DNA from: a virus
Lineage: Duplodnaviria; Heunggongvirae; Uroviricota; Caudoviricetes
Direction: 5' to 3' (one strand)
Length of the DNA stretch: 5,861 nt
Virus record (IMG/VR): IMGVR_UViG_3300029711_000171
Location: 1 to 5,861 of that record
Shown: positions 1 to 4,861 of the stretch, piece after piece
Layout of the letters: the number at the start of each line of letters is the position of its first letter
Numbering within the stretch: position 1 is the first letter of the stretch
Notes under the pieces: generated by a model
What the model was told of the DNA's origin: nothing
The model's database searches: none
Seen by the model: only the letters and a program-made list of their open reading frames with translations
Made by a program: the position numbers and the translations under genes

Positions 1-181
1 GTGGGTATCCACAGAAGGTCGACTGTCAGCCTCAACCTTAACCCGCGTGCGCTGAGCCGCATTCACCACAACGCTAAGGATTCTCTCAGGTTGAAAATAC
101 TTAGCTGTTATGTGCCTGTCTTTTCACCACTTCAGGCTCGGTGGTATCCTTTTAAGCCCGTATACATAAAAGGAAAATCAA

Positions 182-427
182 ATGACTTTTGATGAAAAAG
201 AACTTGATAATGCAATTAATAAAATCATCGTAACGTCGCTCTTTTCCTGTCTCAGCGACACTCAGCAAAAACAGTTCTACGAATCGGCTTTCAACATGAT
301 CGAGCGTTGTTGTTTCTGCGATGCCGACGAGTTACCTGAAAAAATCAGGAAACAGTTGGCTGATGCTCTTCGAGTGCGACTTTCTGACCAATTTTCTGAA
401 ATGTACTCTCCGAATTTGGACAAATAG
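182..427 (+). CDS. Hypothetical small protein (81 aa), no recognisable domain
   Basis: ORF with ATG at 182 preceded by AAGGA (170..174) at about 7 nt spacing; the translation looks protein-like. Its 3' end overlaps the convergent minus-strand ORF 345..620 by 83 bp, so one of the two may be spurious. Confidence 0.4.
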   Translation: MTFDEKELDNAINKIIVTSLFSCLSDTQQKQFYESAFNMIERCCFCDADELPEKIRKQLADALRVRLSDQFSEMYSPNLDK

Positions 428-620
428 AAAAAGGCCATTTCCATTCAGGGTCTGATGGAAAGACTTCAGCCTGTTCCAAAGCACGGCGTAAAGAGAATAC
501 AACTCCAGCCATAATCTGATGTTTCCCATTGGTCCAGCTATCGCCGCTCTGATCTACAGGAGCGGCTATGTCGCATGACCAAACGACTTCACCACTATTG
601 TTTAAAATCTGGACTTTCAT
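345..620 (-). CDS. Hypothetical protein (91 aa), second gene of the leftward operon
   Basis: Minus-strand ATG at 618..620 with a GGAGG Shine-Dalgarno (complement of 633..637) that lies inside the last codons of the upstream gene 629..850, a typical operon arrangement. No domain recognised. The C-terminal third overlaps plus-strand ORF 182..427. Confidence 0.45.
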   Translation of the reverse strand: MKVQILNNSGEVVWSCDIAAPVDQSGDSWTNGKHQIMAGVVFSLRRALEQAEVFPSDPEWKWPFSICPNSESTFQKIGQKVALEEHQPTVS

Positions 621-628
621 TTTGTTCT

Positions 629-850
629 TTAACCTCCAGATTTCCGCGCATCTAAAGGCGCATTCTCATTTGGTGTGAACCGAATAGTTGTGCTGCTATT
701 GATTAATGCCCCGACACACAAGACTACGCACTCAGAGCAGATAGCAACTTCATCTTTTCCGCCTTTGGCGATGATTTTTTTTGCCTGCAGCTCGTTTGCG
801 CCACAAAACGAGCATGTGAAATAACGGTTCATTTGCGCTCTCTTACACAT
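629..850 (-). CDS. Small ClpX-type C4 zinc-finger (ClpX zinc-binding-domain-like) protein; possible alternative start at the internal Met (ATG complement of 830..832)
   Basis: The translation contains CSFCG-x19-ICSECVVLC, which closely matches the N-terminal zinc-binding domain of ClpX as I recall it ([31 protein letters not shown]). The internal Met has an AGAGAG purine-rich stretch upstream; the first ATG has no clear SD. Confidence 0.65.
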   Translation of the reverse strand: MCKRAQMNRYFTCSFCGANELQAKKIIAKGGKDEVAICSECVVLCVGALINSSTTIRFTPNENAPLDARKSGG

Positions 851-930
851 AGTATTTAACGAATCATCCGGTCATTCATACGCCACCGGCGGCTACTTCG
901 TGGGCGTCCTGCCTGTTTGTTGTTTCTCTT

Positions 931-964
931 GGGTACATTATGTATCTCATAGGTACATTGTCAA
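931..964 (-). promoter_or_regulatory. PL-like sigma70 promoter candidate overlapped by two direct GGTACATT repeats (putative left operator)
   Basis: On the minus strand: -35 TTGACA (complement of 959..964), 16-bp spacer, -10 CATAAT (complement of 937..942). GGTACATT occurs at 932..939 and 952..959, 20 bp apart, overlapping the -10 and the -35/spacer. The GTACA core is shared with the palindromes between the repressor and cro. Confidence 0.45.
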
Positions 965-968
965 GTAT

Positions 969-990
969 AAAAAAACCTGCCGAAGCAGGT
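969..990 (-). terminator. Rho-independent terminator of the repressor transcript
   Basis: Minus strand reads ACCTGC-TTCG-GCAGGT followed by TTTTTT (stem 975..980 with 985..990, loop 981..984, T-run from the complement of 969..974), about 14 nt downstream of the repressor stop at 1004..1006. Confidence 0.6.
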
Positions 991-1003
991 TCATAAACAT
1001 TGA

Positions 1004-1678
1004 TTAGGCTTTGATTTTGTATCTTCTTGGTTTTCCTGAGAAAATCACAGTTCCAATTATAGAGCAATTACCGTTGATCTTAATGTAAGGCTCAGGCCAG
1101 TTTGGGTTTAACGCTTTGAGATAACGCTGTGTCCCATCTTCTATCAACCTTTTGAAGGTGGTTTCACCTGTATCGTGCATCAATGCAATAACGTCGTCAC
1201 CGTGGCAGGCAGGTACTTCAGGATCGACAAAAATCATGTCTCCCGGGCGGTACTCATCAATCATTGAATCACCTATCACCCGCAAGATATAAGTCATTTC
1301 CCCACAGGGTACAGGGCAGGGATACGTTTCTGCTGTGCTCAAATCAACCTCAGAATATCCAACTTCTTTCCATGCTCCGGCCTGTACCCATGATATGACA
1401 GGGACTAATGTGATTTGTTTATTAGTGATTGAAACATCAGGTTTTTTTGTGATGTTCGTTGTCTGGTGTTCTTGATCGAGCCATCCGACAGGCAGGTCGA
1501 AACATTTTTCGATGTGTCGTGCCATGCTGTCACCGATATTTTTAGTAGCACCATCTCCCATAAACCTGCTGGTCTGGGTTGGCTCGCGATCAATCATAGT
1601 GGCAAAGGAAGAATTCCCGCCAACACCATCTCTCAGTTTTCTGGCGTTAGACCGCCGGATGTCATGGATTGTTTTCAT
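1004..1678 (-). CDS. Phage CI/LexA-type repressor with N-terminal HTH and C-terminal S24 peptidase (autocleavage) domain
   Basis: 224-aa ORF. The C-terminal half has the S24 hallmarks: an Ala-Gly cleavage-site candidate (VQAGAW), a serine nucleophile in the GDSM motif and a lysine in TFKRL, at LexA/lambda CI-like spacing. The N-terminal 70 aa are basic with a helix-turn-helix character. Divergent from a Cro-like gene. Confidence 0.9.
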   Translation of the reverse strand: MKTIHDIRRSNARKLRDGVGGNSSFATMIDREPTQTSRFMGDGATKNIGDSMARHIEKCFDLPVGWLDQEHQTTNITKKPDVSITNKQITLVPVISWVQAGAWKEVGYSEVDLSTAETYPCPVPCGEMTYILRVIGDSMIDEYRPGDMIFVDPEVPACHGDDVIALMHDTGETTFKRLIEDGTQRYLKALNPNWPEPYIKINGNCSIIGTVIFSGKPRRYKIKA

Positions 1679-1694
1679 AACGAAATTAAAACCC

Positions 1695-1713
1695 TTGTAC
1701 CGTTAAGGTACAA
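1695..1713. promoter_or_regulatory. Operator-like perfect palindrome TTGTACC-GTTAA-GGTACAA
   Basis: Perfect 7-bp inverted repeat with a 5-bp spacer, 17 bp upstream of the repressor start codon, in the repressor/cro intergenic region. Confidence 0.5.
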
Positions 1714-1742
1714 GTATCTTGAAGGTTCATTTTAATCATGTA

Positions 1743-1765
1743 ATATGTACACTGGAGGTACATAT
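1743..1765. promoter_or_regulatory. Operator-like perfect palindrome ATATGTAC-ACTGGAG-GTACATAT overlapping the cro promoter and RBS
   Basis: Perfect 8-bp inverted repeat with a 7-bp spacer. It overlaps a candidate -10 (TAATAT, 1741..1746; candidate -35 TTGAAG, 1719..1724; 16-bp spacer) and the GGAGG SD of cro (1754..1758). The GTACA core is shared with 1695..1713 and with the repeats at 932..959. Confidence 0.5.
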
Positions 1766-1768
1766 TGT

Positions 1769-1978
1769 ATGAAAGCGTATTGGGACTCTTTAACCAAAGA
1801 ACAGCAGGGCGAGTTGGCCGGAAAAGTTGGCTCAACACCTGGCTACTTACGGCTGGTTTTCAATGGCTATAAAAAAGCCAGTTTTGTGCTGGCTAAAAAA
1901 CTTGAGCAATGCACGTCAGGTGCAATTACGAAATCTGACTTAAGACCGGATAAAGAAACCGATTATCGCTCATGGTGA
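1769..1978 (+). CDS. Cro/YdaS-like small HTH DNA-binding protein (lytic-side regulator)
   Basis: ATG at 1769 with GGAGG 10 nt upstream. The ORF track starts at 1745, but that upstream ATG lies inside the palindrome and has no SD. The translation has the small-HTH pattern and a GAITKSDLRPD motif like Cro/YdaS-family proteins. Divergent from the S24 repressor. Confidence 0.7.
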   Translation: MKAYWDSLTKEQQGELAGKVGSTPGYLRLVFNGYKKASFVLAKKLEQCTSGAITKSDLRPDKETDYRSW

Positions 1979-2353
1979 GACACTCTCCGTACTGGAGTTT
2001 GATGAACCCACCGGGAAGGATGTCCGCGAGCTGGGGTATCCCTACCAGATGAATCAGGATGAGTCCGTCAGACTTCTGGCGCATGTGGTGTCGAAATACA
2101 TTGTGCGGCTGGCGAAAGTGCCGCAAAGCTCTGTCGACCAGATGTCTCCGGCAGACCTGAATGCAGCGGCGTGGCTTGTGGCTGGTTTTTTCCTCCAGGC
2201 CTGACGGCTGAATACCTCACTGATCGCTTCTTTGACTGCGCCAGCTACTGGCGCATTAATCCCTTCGAATTGCTGAATATGCCGATCAGTGAAATTCCCT
2301 TGCTGGTCAGTCAGGCAAACAGGATAGAGCAGGAGAAACGCACACATGGCTGA
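1944..2353 (+). CDS. Tail assembly chaperone (lambda G/GT, P2 E/E+E' type) made by programmed -1 frameshift; apparently 5'-incomplete with no in-frame ATG/GTG/TTG before codon 36
   Basis: Zero-frame open reading 1944..2204 (stop TGA 2202..2204) and a -1 frame continuing to 2353, overlapping the tape measure start at 2346 by 8 nt. The slippery heptamer T TTT TTC (2186..2192) sits 10 nt before the zero-frame stop. Position immediately upstream of the tape measure gene is the conserved chaperone location. The first in-frame ATG is at 2049 and has no SD. Confidence 0.55.
2186..2192 (+). promoter_or_regulatory. Candidate -1 ribosomal frameshift slippery heptanucleotide T_TTT_TTC
   Basis: X XXY YYZ pattern in the zero frame (TTT 2187..2189, TTC 2190..2192). 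Slipping back 1 nt gives the FFPPGLTAEYL... extension that is open to 2353. Confidence 0.5.
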
Positions 2354-4178
2354 ATTTGAGCTTAAGGCGTTGATCACCGGTGTCGACAGGCTTTCTCCCG
2401 CGCTGTCGAAAATGCAAAAGAAAATCCGGGGATTTAAACGCCAGGCGGAAGAGGCGTCACAGGGTGGGCTGGCGCTTGGTGGCGGATTGGCAGCGGGGCT
2501 GACGCTTTCCCTGAAATCTTATGCCGATCAGGAAAACGCCGCTACCGGGCTGAAAGTCGCCATGATGGATGCGAACGGCGAGGTTGGAAAGAGCTTTCAG
2601 GACATCAATAAACTGGCTATTGGCCTGGGTAACCAGCTACCCGGTACAACGGCTGATTTCCAGAACATGATGCAGATGCTGGTGCGTCAGGGGATCCCGG
2701 CAGAAAACATTCTGGGTGGTGTGGGTAAAGCGACAGCTTATCTTGCGGTACAACTGAAAAAAACACCGGAAGCGGCTGCCGAGTTTGCCGCAAAGATGCA
2801 GGATGCTACCGGAACGGCCTCAGAAGACATGATGGGGCTGTTCGACACAATTCAGAAGGCGTTTTATCTGGGCGTTGACGACACCAACATGCTGTCATTC
2901 TTCACTAAAACCAGCTCTGTTCTGAAGATGGTGAATAAGGACGGTCTTCAGGCTGCACAGAGTCTTGCCCCCATCAGTGTCATGATGGATCAGATGGGGA
3001 TGAACGGGGAGTCGGCAGGTAATGCCCTGCGAAAAGTTATCCAGTCCGGATTAAGCGTTAAGAAAATCAGGGACGTCAATAAAATCATGGCCCGCCAGAA
3101 ACTCGGGGTACAGCTCGATTTTACTGATGGCAAAGGGAGTTTTGGCGGTCTTGATAACATGTTCGGGCAACTGGCAAAGCTGCGAAAACTGACCGACGTT
3201 AAGCGAACCGGTGTACTTAAGGCAATATTTGGTGATGATGCCGAAACCCTTCAGGTGGTCAATGCACTAATCGATAAAGGAAAGGATGGCTACGATCAGA
3301 TCCAGCAGAAGATGAATAAACAGGCCAGCCTGAATAAACGTGTTCAGGCACAGCTTGGTACGCTGTCCAACCTGTGGGAGGCAATGACAGGGACCGCAAC
3401 TAACGGCCTTGCGGCTATTGGCGGCGCATTTTCTGGTGACGCTAAAAATATCACGCAATGGCTGGGGGAGTTGGGGGAAAAATTCACGAAGTTTGCGGAT
3501 GAAAATCCCCGGGTTATTCGCGGCGTCGTCGGGCTTGCTGCCGGTCTTGCGATTCTGAAACTGGGATTGATGGGCGTGGGCAGTGCCATCAGTATTGTCA
3601 GCAGGATTATGTCGATGACGCCGATTGGCATGATTGCGACGGCGATTGCTCTGGCTGCGGGATTAATTATCACTAACTGGGATGTTGTCGGACCTTATTT
3701 TAAGAAGCTCTGGGAAACCATTGGTCCTTATTTTGAGGCTGGCTGGGAACTTCTGAAGAAGGTTTTTGCCTGGTCGCCGCTGGGGATGGTGATCAATAAC
3801 TGGGGACCGGTTGTTAAGTGGTTTCAGGATATGTGGGATAAGCTGAAGCCAATTATTGAGTGGTTTACCGACAGTTCCGGTGACACGGTCGATGCCATTA
3901 ACTCTGCGCAGTGGGGCGCGGGTGCTTATGATGCTTATGGGACGGGAATACCGGCGCGGGGATACACACCTTATCCGGCGGTAGATCTGGCTCAGTCAAA
4001 CAACGCCTCCGATGCCACAGGCCCGAATCCCTTCATGATTAACAAAGCTTCTGCGCCAAAAGTTGATGGTGAGATCAAGGTATCATTTATAAATATGCCA
4101 CCAGGTATGCGGGTTACGGAAACACGCTCCAGTGGCATTGATATAAATCACGATGTTGGCTATACCCGATTTTGGTAG
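2346..4178 (+). CDS. Phage tail tape measure protein (610 aa)
   Basis: ATG at 2346 with AGGAG (2331..2335) upstream. Long Ala/Gly/Gln/Met-rich, largely helical-looking N-terminal region, a hydrophobic membrane-like segment (VIRGVVGLAAGLAILKLGLMGVGSAISIV...IGMIATAIALAAGLII), then Trp-rich repeats (GPYFKKLWETIGPYFEAGWELL...NNWGPVVKWFQDMWDKL). Sits directly after the frameshifting chaperone. Confidence 0.88.
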   Translation: MAEFELKALITGVDRLSPALSKMQKKIRGFKRQAEEASQGGLALGGGLAAGLTLSLKSYADQENAATGLKVAMMDANGEVGKSFQDINKLAIGLGNQLPGTTADFQNMMQMLVRQGIPAENILGGVGKATAYLAVQLKKTPEAAAEFAAKMQDATGTASEDMMGLFDTIQKAFYLGVDDTNMLSFFTKTSSVLKMVNKDGLQAAQSLAPISVMMDQMGMNGESAGNALRKVIQSGLSVKKIRDVNKIMARQKLGVQLDFTDGKGSFGGLDNMFGQLAKLRKLTDVKRTGVLKAIFGDDAETLQVVNALIDKGKDGYDQIQQKMNKQASLNKRVQAQLGTLSNLWEAMTGTATNGLAAIGGAFSGDAKNITQWLGELGEKFTKFADENPRVIRGVVGLAAGLAILKLGLMGVGSAISIVSRIMSMTPIGMIATAIALAAGLIITNWDVVGPYFKKLWETIGPYFEAGWELLKKVFAWSPLGMVINNWGPVVKWFQDMWDKLKPIIEWFTDSSGDTVDAINSAQWGAGAYDAYGTGIPARGYTPYPAVDLAQSNNASDATGPNPFMINKASAPKVDGEIKVSFINMPPGMRVTETRSSGIDINHDVGYTRFW

Positions 4179-4206
4179 CCAGGATTCCCCTCACAGGTAT
4201 TGCTGG

Positions 4207-4234
4207 TTGTAAGTCATAAATAGAGTGATAGAAT
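4207..4234 (+). promoter_or_regulatory. Candidate sigma70 promoter for the moron gene
   Basis: -35 TTGTAA (4207..4212), 16-bp spacer, extended -10 TGaTAGAAT (4226..4234), about 35 bp upstream of the ATG at 4270. Confidence 0.35.
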
Positions 4235-4269
4235 TAATGCACATTTAGAAAAATGTTAATAGGCGAAAA

Positions 4270-4800
4270 ATGAAAGGCTATATCACAGCAAGTGTAATTC
4301 TTGGAGCAGCGGCTATTTTTTCATCTCTCATAATCTCTGGCAACATCTCCTTTAAAGATGAACATATTATTCAGTTATCTGGAGGAGCCATAAAACTTGG
4401 TGATGTTTATAAAGAAAATAAATTGATAAGTGCAAAGATTATTTTTCCAGATAATCAGGGTGAACAGATTCTTGTTGTCGACGGCAATCCTGAAAACTTT
4501 AAGGAGGATTTTCAGGAGAAATTAAATAAAGTAATAAAAACTTTAAATGCGTCAAAGAAAAAAGATGAAGAGAAAGTTAGCCTGGATAATTTAAGTGTTA
4601 TTGAAGAGTCTAAACTAGAGCTCGTTTCTGCGGTGCGTTACTCTGCTCAGTATGTTCCTATGTTTACTCTGACGCTGGACAAAAAAGAAATTACCATGCC
4701 TAAAAATACGGTAATATTTCCATTTGCCAGCGATGAAACAGCTAAGTATTTAAATGAACAACAGCAAAAGTATAAAGATTCGTTGTTTCTGACTCGCTAA
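4270..4800 (+). CDS. Hypothetical membrane-anchored or secreted protein (176 aa), moron inserted in the tail operon
   Basis: Clean ORF, markedly more AT-rich than the flanking tail genes by eye. N-terminal hydrophobic segment (SVILGAAAIFSSLIISG) without a lipobox cysteine; the rest is Lys/Glu/Asp-rich. Flanked by its own promoter candidate and a strong intrinsic terminator. Confidence 0.7.
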   Translation: MKGYITASVILGAAAIFSSLIISGNISFKDEHIIQLSGGAIKLGDVYKENKLISAKIIFPDNQGEQILVVDGNPENFKEDFQEKLNKVIKTLNASKKKDEEKVSLDNLSVIEESKLELVSAVRYSAQYVPMFTLTLDKKEITMPKNTVIFPFASDETAKYLNEQQQKYKDSLFLTR

Positions 4801-4818
4801 TTAATAAAATTCATTACA

Positions 4819-4851
4819 AGGCCACCTTCTAATAGGTGGCTTTTTTATTTT
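4819..4851 (+). terminator. Rho-independent terminator after the moron gene
   Basis: GCCACC (4821..4826), 8-nt loop, GGTGGC (4835..4840), then TTTTTTATTTT (4841..4851), about 20 nt after the stop codon at 4798..4800. Confidence 0.75.
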
Positions 4852-4861
4852 CGGAGTGTAT

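Noticed and set aside
1-192. 63-aa plus-strand ORF starting with GTG at the window edge
   Set aside because: No RBS, a basic low-complexity translation, and it ends overlapping the SD region of ORF 182..427. More likely non-coding flank. I also looked here for a tRNA 3' end as a possible att site and found no GGTTCGAATCC-like T-arm or CCA end on either strand.
332-529. 65-aa minus-strand ORF
   Set aside because: It overlaps both ORF 182..427 and ORF 345..620 in a third frame and has no RBS; treated as chance.
876-1067. 63-aa minus-strand ORF overlapping the repressor 3' end and terminator
   Set aside because: It spans the intrinsic terminator and the promoter/operator region and overlaps the well-supported repressor gene; most likely a chance open frame.
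1405-1735. Three ORFs (1405..1593 minus, 1466..1735 plus, 1512..1706 plus) inside the repressor gene
   Set aside because: All are out-of-frame or antisense to the S24 repressor ORF, which has strong domain support; they have no independent start signals.
1745-1768. Upstream ATG at 1745 as the cro start (as in the ORF track)
   Set aside because: That ATG lies inside the operator palindrome with no SD, whereas the ATG at 1769 has GGAGG at a reasonable spacing. The longer form cannot be excluded.
1926-2377. Minus-strand ORFs 1926..2126 and 2054..2377 (66 and 107 aa)
   Set aside because: Antisense to the chaperone frames, with no recognisable features; the plus-strand reading is supported by the frameshift architecture and overlap with the tape measure start.
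3267-3673. Minus-strand ORFs 3267..3458 and 3344..3673 inside the tape measure gene
   Set aside because: Antisense to a long, well-supported tape measure ORF; their Ala/Pro/Ile-rich translations are typical of the antisense frame of a GC-richer gene.
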